Assembly (NCBI GenBank): GCA_035251935.1
Contig: DATFDR010000011.1
Location: 21,103 to 85,102 of the forward strand
From: Rhizomicrobium sp.
Lineage (GTDB): Bacteria; Pseudomonadota; Alphaproteobacteria; Micropepsales; Micropepsaceae
DNA length: 64,000 nt
Reading direction: 5' to 3'
Under the pieces are notes generated by a model that was not told the DNA's origin, made no database searches, and saw only the letters and a list, made by a program, of their open reading frames with translations. Positions 32,170 through 40,702 of this stretch are shown here, in pieces (within the stretch, counting starts at the first letter, position 1; every line of letters starts with the position of its first letter). A program made the translations under genes and the position numbers.

Positions 32170-32814
32170 TTAGTGTTCGCCGCGAGGCCCGATCAGCAAC
32201 AGCACCAGGTCATAAGGCAGCGCGATGACTTCCTTGCAATAATACCATAGAAGCTTGCGCCAGGGCAAAAGGCCCAGGTCACTCGGCATGGGCACGACGC
32301 GCACGGGCCAGCCCAAGGCGCGCAGCAAAATCGCGCAACGTGGGATGTGATAGCGGCTGGTGCAGGGGATCACCGCATCGACATCGGCCAGGCCGCGCAG
32401 AAGTGTGTCACAGAGCCGGACCTGATGCAGGGTGTCCCGGCCCTCGCGCTCGAGCAGGATGACAGCGTCGGGAAATCCGTGAGCCAGCAACAGGCGGCGC
32501 ATGACGTCGGCTTCGACATGCCCGCCTGCGGACAGGCCGCCGGAGCAGAGAAAGCGCACCCCGTTCAGGCCGCGCGCCGCGGCGACCGCGCCCTCGACCC
32601 GCCGGCGCAGGGTGCCACTGGGCTCGCCGTCCGGCCTCACGGCGGCGCCGAAGATCACGAAGCAGCTGGTCATCAGCGAAGGCTTTGCAGAGGTCAAGCA
32701 CTGCGTCAACTCGGCGGCTCCGATCGGCAGCCTGCCGACCCGATCGCCGTATCGGTCCATTAAAGCGACATTTGAAGCCGGCTGTTTGGTTCCCACACGC
32801 TCGCCTCCCGCCAT
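32170..32814 (-). CDS. DUF218 / YdcF-ElyC-SanA-like protein
   Basis: ..FVIFGAAVRPDGEPSGTLRRRVEGAV..LCSGG....EADVMRRLLLAHGFP..ILLEREGRDT..TSRYHIPR.. is the typical DUF218 pattern. The start is uncertain (an internal M near MTSCFVIFG is possible). Confidence 0.7.
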   Translation of the reverse strand: MAGGERVGTKQPASNVALMDRYGDRVGRLPIGAAELTQCLTSAKPSLMTSCFVIFGAAVRPDGEPSGTLRRRVEGAVAAARGLNGVRFLCSGGLSAGGHVEADVMRRLLLAHGFPDAVILLEREGRDTLHQVRLCDTLLRGLADVDAVIPCTSRYHIPRCAILLRALGWPVRVVPMPSDLGLLPWRKLLWYYCKEVIALPYDLVLLLIGPRGEH

Positions 32815-33009
32815 GGAACAAACTAAGGAATTGAGTGAGCAGACAATTTGTCAGCCGCCGGCTAATTGCCTGGTTGCTTTTGCTTTACTAGAATTCTTCG
32901 GCAGACCAGTTCGTCCCGAAATGTTGGGTGGCATCTTTCCCAAAACGGGATTTGGGGAATTTGGTTTGCTTTGCTCGATGTGCCGATTGCAGGCTTAAAG
33001 GAACATGTT

Positions 33010-33255
33010 GTGAGCAAAACAGGCACCGTAACCGTAACCTTCCCCAGGCGGCGGAAGGTGTATGTCAATGGAAACTATACGCCGACCTTACCCAAAACGA
33101 GCCCCTGCACCTTCGCGGTGGAGTATGGCGAGAATGTCTTTGAGACCGTCAACGGGGATGATCGAATCGACTTTCGCGGCAGTGTGACAACAAATGACGC
33201 GAATAAGGATTGCGACTTGGCGCTTGCACCCGTCGTCCCCTCGGAGCCCAAGTGA
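33010..33255 (+). CDS. Small hypothetical protein (81 aa, beta-rich), translationally coupled to the patatin gene
   Basis: GTG at 33010, 7 nt after aaagga. VSKTGTVTVTFPRRRKVYVNGNYTPT.. (PEGA-domain-like flavour). Its stop TGA overlaps the patatin ATG (tgATG at 33253-33257). Confidence 0.4.
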   Translation: MSKTGTVTVTFPRRRKVYVNGNYTPTLPKTSPCTFAVEYGENVFETVNGDDRIDFRGSVTTNDANKDCDLALAPVVPSEPK

Positions 33256-34748
33256 TGACGCCCAGCAAAAAGCATCATGCCGGCCGTCCGGGTAAACGGG
33301 CAATTTTATCAACCTGCATCAGCCTGGCTCTGATGTTGAGCGGCTGTGCCTATCCCATACGCAATGTTCCGGCGCAGAAGATCGATAGCAGCGGCTATCG
33401 CTGGTCGAATCTGAAGGGCGGAGTCTTGGACGATACGCTGGTTATCGTGGCGGCATCCGGTGGCGGTACGCGCGCCGCGACTTTGGAACTTTCGGTCTTG
33501 AAAGGCCTGAAGGATATCAAGCTGAAGCGGGGCGGCCGGCTGTCCGATGAGGTCGATATCATCTCCTCCGTATCCGGCGGCAGTGTGACGGCGGCCTATT
33601 TCGCGCTTCATGGCAGCGATCGTATCGATGAGCTTGAAACCAAATTTTTGCGCAAGGATGGCATCGGCGCGCTTTTGGCTTCGGGGCTCAACCCCGTGGG
33701 ATTGGCCAGGATATCCACGCCCGCGGTTGAGCGGATCGATCTTCTGATCGAATATTTCGAGAAGACCCTCTTCATCAACCACGAAAGTTTTGGCAGCCTG
33801 TTGCAAGCGGGCCGGCGGCCCTATCTGATTTTGAATGCAGCCGATATGGTCGAGGGTATCCCGTTTGCCCTGACCCAGACCAATTTTGACCTGCTCTGCA
33901 GCGATCTTTCGGCCCTGCCGCTGGCGGTGGGCGTTGCGGCGTCCGCGGCCTTTCCCGTTGCTTTGTCTGCCGTAACGCTCAAGAACCACTCGCCCTGTCC
34001 CGCCCAGCCACGCAGCTGGCCTCCTCTCTGGGTTCGAGCCGATGCCGCAACGGACTGGTATGACAATCCCGAGCGCGCCATGCGGGGGCGGGCTGGGCTC
34101 GCCTATGCCCAAGGCAAAGGCGGGCCACATTCCAAAGACTATGTCCATCTTCTGGACGGCGGTATCGCCGACAACCTCGGTCTTGGAGAGCCGTTGCGTA
34201 TCCTGACGACGGTCGCGCCATCTCCCGCTTTTCTGGACGATCTGGAAGCAGGCAATATCAAGAAAATCGTCTTTGTCGTGGTCAATGCCCGTGCGTTTGA
34301 AACGTCAACGCTTAACCGGGAACAAGCCACCCCCGGCATCTTGCCAATGCTGCTGAGCACGATATCGAGCGGGATCGACAGGACCGCGGCAGGCAACGCT
34401 GCCAGATTGATGGAAGTGCTCAGCAATCAGCTATCCGCGAAAGCCTCCGAGAGACGCGCCAACTTTCCCGATATGGCGGCAAACCTGGATGAGCTCCAAA
34501 AGCATATCTATTTGCTCAACGTCGATTTTGACGCGATTCGGGAAGAATCTTGCCGGCGCAAGTTCCACAATATTAAGACCAGCTGGACCAATAGCGATCG
34601 GGAAATCGACGGTCTTCTGAAGATTGGGCGGGCCCTGCTGCGGCAAGATCCGCAGTTTCCGAGGATGCTTGCGGACATAGACGCGGAATCAGCGGACAAG
34701 ACGACCGTCGCTGAGGCTTGCGCGATGCTTGATGCACAACGAAATTAG
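33255..34748 (+). CDS. Patatin-like phospholipase, predicted lipoprotein
   Basis: Lipobox ..LALMLSGC.., oxyanion motif ASGGGTRAA, nucleophile elbow ISSVSGGS, catalytic Asp motif LLDGGIADNLG; about 170-aa C-terminal extension. Confidence 0.85.
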   Translation: MTPSKKHHAGRPGKRAILSTCISLALMLSGCAYPIRNVPAQKIDSSGYRWSNLKGGVLDDTLVIVAASGGGTRAATLELSVLKGLKDIKLKRGGRLSDEVDIISSVSGGSVTAAYFALHGSDRIDELETKFLRKDGIGALLASGLNPVGLARISTPAVERIDLLIEYFEKTLFINHESFGSLLQAGRRPYLILNAADMVEGIPFALTQTNFDLLCSDLSALPLAVGVAASAAFPVALSAVTLKNHSPCPAQPRSWPPLWVRADAATDWYDNPERAMRGRAGLAYAQGKGGPHSKDYVHLLDGGIADNLGLGEPLRILTTVAPSPAFLDDLEAGNIKKIVFVVVNARAFETSTLNREQATPGILPMLLSTISSGIDRTAAGNAARLMEVLSNQLSAKASERRANFPDMAANLDELQKHIYLLNVDFDAIREESCRRKFHNIKTSWTNSDREIDGLLKIGRALLRQDPQFPRMLADIDAESADKTTVAEACAMLDAQRN

Positions 34749-34829
34749 CGTCGGTTGTTTTATGTGTCGATATGGGTTTTTGATACTTTAATAGTTCGCA
34801 GTAGTCTGCAATTTTGATGGGGCGGTTCG

Positions 34830-35498
34830 ATGTCGAATATCGCGGGCAAAGCTTATGGCATGAACGTCATCACGCCGATGCATTCGTGGGCGACGTGGTT
34901 CCAGAATCTCATATTCATGTTGTCACGCGCGCTTCCGAAGACGCTGGGCGGGCTGCTCAATCTCAGCCTGATCCATTTTGCGCGCTGGGTCCTGATCCGG
35001 CGGGAGCAATGGCCGGCAGGCGACAAGGGCAAGCCCGCTTTACAGTATGACTACATGCTCTTCTGCAGCAATTTCAACGGAACCTGGGACCAATATATCG
35101 ATGCCTTCGCCGACGGCATCCCGACCGGGCTGGATCTGTTCTGGTACACAAGCCTGAAATATCCAAACTCCATCCCGATTACATCGTTCAAGTCCTACAT
35201 CGTCCATAACCAGTTCCACACGAACTACTATTATAACGCGACGCCGGGCTCGGCGCAGCGCGACATCAAGGCGGCGCTCAACGTGCTGGCGGAGCTCAAG
35301 AAGTTGGCGGCTGTGCGCAGCGCTCCGGGCATGACACCGGCTGCCTTCGCGGCGGAATACCGCAAATTCCTGGTCGCGGTGCAGAGCAGTCTGGGTTCGC
35401 CGGGCTATGCGCCGATCGCCAGCCTGGACACCTGGACCGCCGATGAGAACCGTCTGCCGTTCGTTGTCTGCACGCCCCCAATCGCAGCAAGGAAATGA
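34830..35498 (+). CDS. Hypothetical protein P1 (222 aa) with an IHFARWV motif; possible DyP/ferredoxin-like half-domain
   Basis: ATG at 34830 after an AT-rich gap; 4-nt spacer to the next gene. Motifs SLIHFARWVLI and YDYMLFCSNFNGTWDQYIDAF parallel motifs in P2 and in the C-terminal half of the downstream DyP. Confidence 0.7.
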   Translation: MSNIAGKAYGMNVITPMHSWATWFQNLIFMLSRALPKTLGGLLNLSLIHFARWVLIRREQWPAGDKGKPALQYDYMLFCSNFNGTWDQYIDAFADGIPTGLDLFWYTSLKYPNSIPITSFKSYIVHNQFHTNYYYNATPGSAQRDIKAALNVLAELKKLAAVRSAPGMTPAAFAAEYRKFLVAVQSSLGSPGYAPIASLDTWTADENRLPFVVCTPPIAARK

Positions 35499-35502
35499 CA
35501 TC

Positions 35503-36477
35503 ATGCCGACATTCGACGGTGGCCATTGTTTCCTGACGGCGCTGTTTCCGATCAACAGTGCGAATGTGGTCGACCATAACGGGCAAAAGCACTCCCATGT
35601 CCAGCTCGTGCGCCACGCGCTGGCGGTCCTGCCGACCGCCCATCAATCGCCCGCGACCGACAGGGCGCCCTGCAACAGTCCCTTCGCGCGCTGCACCAAA
35701 ACGCATTTTGCACGCATCGTCGTGCTCGACGATGTAGTCTTCAACGGTCGTATGCCGGAAGATGCGCTCGCCGTTACGATCAAGGGCGAGGACCCGCTGG
35801 TGCCAAAACCGATGGATATGTTGCCTGGCCCATATCTCTTCTTCATTGCTGATATTGATGCACCACAAGGTATGGACACAGAACTCCGCGACTGGCTGCG
35901 CGAGGTATGGACCAAGATGCACAGCGATCTCGATCCGGTCTTCGAGAATTGTTTCCAGTATACGGCCAAGGTCAGGGATGCCGACAGCTTTGCCGACTAT
36001 GTGATGTCGTATCGGCTCGAAACCACCATGCCGTTCAACGACTATTGGCCGCTCGGAATCGCTCTGCCGTTGCCCACTCTATCGCTTGGCTTGCTCGGTG
36101 TTACAGCGGCGGTTGTCGCGGCGGCTGTTGGTTATGGGCTCTGGTGGTTGCTCGGCCTAGCGCAACTGACTGTTGAGACGGGCATTTGGCGCTGGTTGGA
36201 GATTCTGTTGGTGGTGTTGGCAGGGCTCGGCGCGGGTATCTACATCGCCTACCGCAGGGTGATCAAGGCCGGTCTCAAGCCCTTCCCCATGGCGCCGAAT
36301 TCCGATCTGCCTTCGATCCTCAAGGGGCTCTATCTGCAGCGCCGGCTCATTCCCAAAGTCGCCGAGCTACAAGGCAAGTCGCAGCAGGAACTGTTCGACG
36401 AGATGGGTGCGTTCTTGAACGCGATGCAGGTCGACAATATGCAGGCGCCCACCCAGGCGCCTGGAACGATCCGATAG
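35503..36477 (+). CDS. Hypothetical membrane-anchored protein P2 (324 aa) with a THFARIVVLDD motif and two C-terminal TM helices
   Basis: ATG at 35503 after aaggaaa. PYLFFIADIDAPQGMDTELRDWLREVW. TM stretch LGLLGVTAAVVAAAVGYGLWWLLGL and WLEILLVVLAGLGAGIYIAY. Confidence 0.7.
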   Translation: MPTFDGGHCFLTALFPINSANVVDHNGQKHSHVQLVRHALAVLPTAHQSPATDRAPCNSPFARCTKTHFARIVVLDDVVFNGRMPEDALAVTIKGEDPLVPKPMDMLPGPYLFFIADIDAPQGMDTELRDWLREVWTKMHSDLDPVFENCFQYTAKVRDADSFADYVMSYRLETTMPFNDYWPLGIALPLPTLSLGLLGVTAAVVAAAVGYGLWWLLGLAQLTVETGIWRWLEILLVVLAGLGAGIYIAYRRVIKAGLKPFPMAPNSDLPSILKGLYLQRRLIPKVAELQGKSQQELFDEMGAFLNAMQVDNMQAPTQAPGTIR

Positions 36478-36491
36478 GCAAGGCCAAGACG

Positions 36492-38084
36492 ATGGACAGA
36501 GAACTCGACCTTGCCGATATCCAGGGCAATATCCTGCAGGAATTCGTCAGCGGCTATCCCGCGGCGCGATTTCTTCTGCTGCGTGTCACGGACGCCCGCA
36601 AGGGGCGCCAATTCGTGCTGGAATACCGTTCCAAGGTCACAACGGCTCTGCGTTGGGCTTCCAGCAAGGCCTTTGCACAGAAAATCCAGACCACCAAGCC
36701 GGACATCGCCATCAATATCGGTTTTACATTCAGCGGGTTTCTGGCGCTGGAACTGCCGACGCGAACATTGGCGCGCTTGCCGCCGGAATTCATCGACGGC
36801 ATGAGGAAGCGCGCCGCCATATTGGGCGACGACAAGATCGCCAGTGACAAAGACGGCGATGCCGTCCAGCATTGGGATCCGGTGTGGCGGACGGGTCAGG
36901 CGCACATCATCATCGGTCTCAATAGCGGTATTGATGGCGCGGGCAATCCGCTGCCCGGACTGGATCGAGAAACGGAGTATCTTGAAGAACGCTGCGCCGA
37001 ATACGGGCTCCAGATCTTAAGGGGACACGGCAAGAACAATGCCGCCTGGCAGGATGCTTGTGCGCTTCTGGCGCCGGACGGCAACGTCCAGATGGAAAAA
37101 AACAAGGCGACCTATAAGCCCGTGCCGCGCGAACATTTCGGCTTTATTGACGGCATCAGCAACCCGGTATTTGACGGTCAGTTCGGCGATCCGCATGCCG
37201 ACCAAATGATGTCGATCGGCAACGGCAAGCTGCTTCCCACTGTCGCCGGCCGGTCCGATCTGGACCGCTGGGCGCCGCTTGCCACCGGCGAGTTCCTTCT
37301 GGGCTATCCCGATGAGGCACAGGAGGTAGCAGACATGGCGGCGCCGAATGAGATCATGCGTAATGGCACCTTCATGGTCTTTCGCAAGCTTCATGAGAAC
37401 ATTAAGAGCTTCAAGGATTATTTCGACCGTGCGGCGCAGGTTTACGCCAGGGCCAACAATGTGCCGGTCGCGGACGCCTGCATGATTCTGAAAGCCAAGA
37501 TGGCTGGACGCTGGGAGGACGGCGTACCGGTTGCGGTCGCGTCAACGATAGCCGAATGGAAGGCATTCAATGCGAAGAATGCCGGTAACTCAGGGCCGGA
37601 CTGGGCCTATACGAATTTCACCTATGGCGACGATCCGCATGGCGCGAAATGCCCGGTCGCGGCGCATATGCGGCGCACCAACACACGCGACAGCCTTACG
37701 GGAACATCGTCCGCGCTCAACAATCGCCGGCGCATTCTTCGTCGCGGACAGCCTTATGGCAAGACCGTGGAAGACGATGATGGCGACCACGGCATCATCT
37801 TCATGGTCATGTGCGCGAGTATCGAGCGTCAATTCGAATTCGTACAGCAGCAATGGATCAATTACGGGCTCGATTCCAATGCCGGCAGCGATACGTGTCC
37901 GATCGTTGGCAATCGCAGGGGCGATTCAAAGTTCATCGTTCCCGTCGATCCGAAAAGCCAGGACACGCCGTTCATCGCCGCCGGTATCCCGCAGTTTGTG
38001 GAGATGCGAGGCGGCGATTATTTCTTTCTGCCGAGCATGACCGCCCTGCGCATGATCGGCATGGGAACCATAGATCCGACGTGA
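36492..38084 (+). CDS. Dyp-type (dye-decolourising) haem peroxidase, long form (~530 aa), no signal peptide
   Basis: MDRELDLADIQGNIL.. start, GxxDG motif HFGFIDGISNP, proximal-His region AAHMRRTNTRD, distal-Arg region RRILRRGQPYG, ..GIIFMVMCASIERQFEFVQQQW... Confidence 0.85.
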   Translation: MDRELDLADIQGNILQEFVSGYPAARFLLLRVTDARKGRQFVLEYRSKVTTALRWASSKAFAQKIQTTKPDIAINIGFTFSGFLALELPTRTLARLPPEFIDGMRKRAAILGDDKIASDKDGDAVQHWDPVWRTGQAHIIIGLNSGIDGAGNPLPGLDRETEYLEERCAEYGLQILRGHGKNNAAWQDACALLAPDGNVQMEKNKATYKPVPREHFGFIDGISNPVFDGQFGDPHADQMMSIGNGKLLPTVAGRSDLDRWAPLATGEFLLGYPDEAQEVADMAAPNEIMRNGTFMVFRKLHENIKSFKDYFDRAAQVYARANNVPVADACMILKAKMAGRWEDGVPVAVASTIAEWKAFNAKNAGNSGPDWAYTNFTYGDDPHGAKCPVAAHMRRTNTRDSLTGTSSALNNRRRILRRGQPYGKTVEDDDGDHGIIFMVMCASIERQFEFVQQQWINYGLDSNAGSDTCPIVGNRRGDSKFIVPVDPKSQDTPFIAAGIPQFVEMRGGDYFFLPSMTALRMIGMGTIDPT

Positions 38085-38091
38085 GGCTGCT

Positions 38092-39456
38092 ATGTCCGCG
38101 ATCATTTCTCTGTTCATAGCGATCTGGGCGCGGTTTCTGATCGTCCTTTCGGGGCTTTGGGCGCCGGTCAGGATCGTCTGGATCGGCGTCCGCAGTCTGT
38201 TCGGCTCGGGTGGCACGGTCGCGACGCGGCTGCGCGCCAATCTCGGCAGTCCCGAAGGTCAGCGTCTGATATTCAGTTTCCTGCGCGCCTTCATTCCCAA
38301 CCTGGCGCTTCCGGTCACATTCATCACCGCCTATGAGAATAGCGGCACGGTTCTGGTCACCCGTTTTGACGACGTCAAGGATGTTTTATCGCGCGACGGT
38401 GAATTCGAGGTCGTGTATGGCCCGCGCATGGAGAAAATAACCGGCGGCTCGAACTTCTTCCTTGGCATGCAGAACACACCAACCTACACGCGCGATACAT
38501 CGAACATGCGCCTTGCGATGCGGCGCGAAGACGTAGCCGGCCTCCTCAAGCCCTATGCCGATACGCGCGCGGCGGAGTTGGTGAAAGCCAGAACGAACAG
38601 GATCGATGTGCCGCAGGACCTTACCCTGCGCGTGCCATCCGGCATTGTGGGCAATTATTTTGGTGTGCCCGGTCCGTCGGAGCAGGAATTGATCGACTGG
38701 ACGACGCTGATGTTCTGGTATCTGTTCATCGATCTCAAAGCGGATCCGTCGCTGGACGCCAAAGCGATGGATGCCGCCGCGAAATGCCGTTCTTATCTCG
38801 ACGGCGCGATCGCCGCCCGAAAATCCAGCCCCACCGCGGCCGACGACGTACTCAACCGATGCCTGAACCTGCAGCGCGCCAATGCGCCGGGCATGGACGA
38901 TCTGGGGATCCGGAACAATCTGATCGGGTTGATGATTGGCTGTGTGCCGACGCTCTCGAAGGCCGCGGTGCAGGCGTTGGACCAGCTTTTGGATCGGCCC
39001 CGGGCGCTTGCCGGCGCGCAAGCCGCGGCCCGCGCCGGTGACGATGTCCTGGTTGCACAATATTGCCTTGAGGCCTTGCGTTTCAATCCGGTCAATCCGC
39101 TGATCTATCGCCGCGCCGCTATGGATACGCAGGTTGCGGCCCATCGCTTTCGCCGGGTGGCGGTCAAAAGGGGCGATATGGTCATGGCCGTGAATCTGTC
39201 TGCGATGTTCGACCCGCTGAAGATCGATTCACCGACGTGTTTTCGCCCGGGCCGGCCGCGTGACAATTACATCCTGTGGGGTGACGGGCTTCATACCTGC
39301 TTTGGCGCGCACATCAACCAGGCCGTGATTCCGGCGATGCTGAAACCGTTGCTCGTCAAGCAGGGGCTTCGCCGTGCCGCCGGCGCCGCAGGCCAAATCG
39401 ATTCGGGAGACACGCCGTTCCCGGTCCACATGCATGTCGAATTCGATAAAGGCTGA
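38092..39456 (+). CDS. Cytochrome P450, N-terminally membrane-anchored, atypical I-helix
   Basis: ExxR (EALRFNP) and Cys-ligand loop WGDGLHTCFGAHIN. N-terminal TM AIISLFIAIWARFLIVLSGLW. The I-helix region reads MIGCVPTLS rather than AGxD/ET. 7 nt after the DyP stop. Confidence 0.85.
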   Translation: MSAIISLFIAIWARFLIVLSGLWAPVRIVWIGVRSLFGSGGTVATRLRANLGSPEGQRLIFSFLRAFIPNLALPVTFITAYENSGTVLVTRFDDVKDVLSRDGEFEVVYGPRMEKITGGSNFFLGMQNTPTYTRDTSNMRLAMRREDVAGLLKPYADTRAAELVKARTNRIDVPQDLTLRVPSGIVGNYFGVPGPSEQELIDWTTLMFWYLFIDLKADPSLDAKAMDAAAKCRSYLDGAIAARKSSPTAADDVLNRCLNLQRANAPGMDDLGIRNNLIGLMIGCVPTLSKAAVQALDQLLDRPRALAGAQAAARAGDDVLVAQYCLEALRFNPVNPLIYRRAAMDTQVAAHRFRRVAVKRGDMVMAVNLSAMFDPLKIDSPTCFRPGRPRDNYILWGDGLHTCFGAHINQAVIPAMLKPLLVKQGLRRAAGAAGQIDSGDTPFPVHMHVEFDKG

Positions 39457-39490
39457 GCCTGCAGCGGCGCTGCAAGTACCGATGCGTACG

Positions 39491-40603
39491 TCAACGCCAG
39501 CCTTCAAGAAAGCCGGCGTCGTACCAGTCCCAGAGAATATAAAAGACGAACATGGGCTTGCGCTCAGAGCTGTTGTTAAGCGGGAGGCGCACGCCCGCGC
39601 TGGCCAATATGTGCTGGCGTTTTGAAAGACTGACTTGCACTTGCGGGACAATGTCCCAATCCACCTGCGCTCCCGGCGCGAACTCATGCCAGGTCAGAAG
39701 TTCAATCTGCGGCGACCAAGACCGTCCCCACCCGTCTTCCTCCGCAAATGTCCTGCCCAACGACAAACGGGCATGGGCCTCCTTGGACAATCCCTTACCG
39801 GCAGGAAACTCGCCGAAAATGTCGCCTTGCAGGAAAAAATCGGCCGGCAGCGATTGGGCGAACAGGAGATGGGGTTCAAAATTGAAGGTGCCTTTGCCCA
39901 ACCCTCGCGCCGCGCTGCCCGTCGGCAGCACCACTTCGCCCAATATGCTGAAGATGGTCCCGCCGTCCACATCGGCCAGCAGATTCTGTTTCCAGGCCAC
40001 GCCGATATCGCCGATGCCGGTTTTGACGCCCGCGCCGCTATCGATGCTGGAGAAGGGCAGGCTCACCTCCAACTGTCCACGCGCTCCAAACCGCTTCTCG
40101 TAAATCGAGGTAGAGGTAATCGCCTGTGCGCCGCTGGTGTTGAAGGTGGTGCGGTTTAGCACCTCATCCTCGGGAAAGGCTTTTTCCGTGAACAATGCCA
40201 GCGGCAAGTTGAATTCGCCGCGGGGCCAGCCTGATTTTTGGCAGAAGGTGCGCAAATGCGCGAGGATTGCAGTGATTTCATCGTCGTTCAGCGCCTGATC
40301 GAAAGCCGGCATGGTGCGGGAAAAAGCGCGGCGCGGCCCGCCCTTGTGGACAATGGAAGACCAGTCCCCATCGGCTTCGCGGTTGGCGAAGCTGCAGTCT
40401 TGAAAGTCCGGCATTTCGTTTGGAAAACCCACCTCCGAAATTTTGCGGTCGCCGCGCCCGTCCGCGCCATGACAGGCGGCGCAATTTTCCTTGAACAGGG
40501 CGCGGCCATCCGGCAGCGATTGCGACGCAGGCGCAGCCAGGCTGGGCAAGCTGCAAACGCTTATCAGAAACAAAATCGAAAATACTTTCGACGGTCCGAA
40601 CAA
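39491..40603 (-). CDS. Secreted mono-haem cytochrome c fused to a ~250-aa haem-free, putative beta-barrel domain
   Basis: Signal-like N-terminus. One CAACH site with a downstream RTMPAF (Met ligand). The remainder is G/S/T/F-rich with an alternating pattern, reminiscent of MetA/phenol-degradation-type outer-membrane channels. TTG start. Confidence 0.65.
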   Translation of the reverse strand: MFGPSKVFSILFLISVCSLPSLAAPASQSLPDGRALFKENCAACHGADGRGDRKISEVGFPNEMPDFQDCSFANREADGDWSSIVHKGGPRRAFSRTMPAFDQALNDDEITAILAHLRTFCQKSGWPRGEFNLPLALFTEKAFPEDEVLNRTTFNTSGAQAITSTSIYEKRFGARGQLEVSLPFSSIDSGAGVKTGIGDIGVAWKQNLLADVDGGTIFSILGEVVLPTGSAARGLGKGTFNFEPHLLFAQSLPADFFLQGDIFGEFPAGKGLSKEAHARLSLGRTFAEEDGWGRSWSPQIELLTWHEFAPGAQVDWDIVPQVQVSLSKRQHILASAGVRLPLNNSSERKPMFVFYILWDWYDAGFLEGWR

Positions 40604-40702
40604 TCGCGTCTCCCGCGCTCGCGCGAATTAGAACTTATGTGTCCGTTGACGCAAGATCGCGCCTATTGCTAACTCACATTGCCGTTCGGATTTTTCCTGC
40701 AC

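Noticed and set aside
33255-34748. Patatin gene as a CBASS CapV-type defence effector
   Set aside because: No CD-NTase/cyclase, Cap2/Cap3 or other CBASS component is nearby. The protein has a lipoprotein signal and is about 500 aa, unlike cytosolic CapV.
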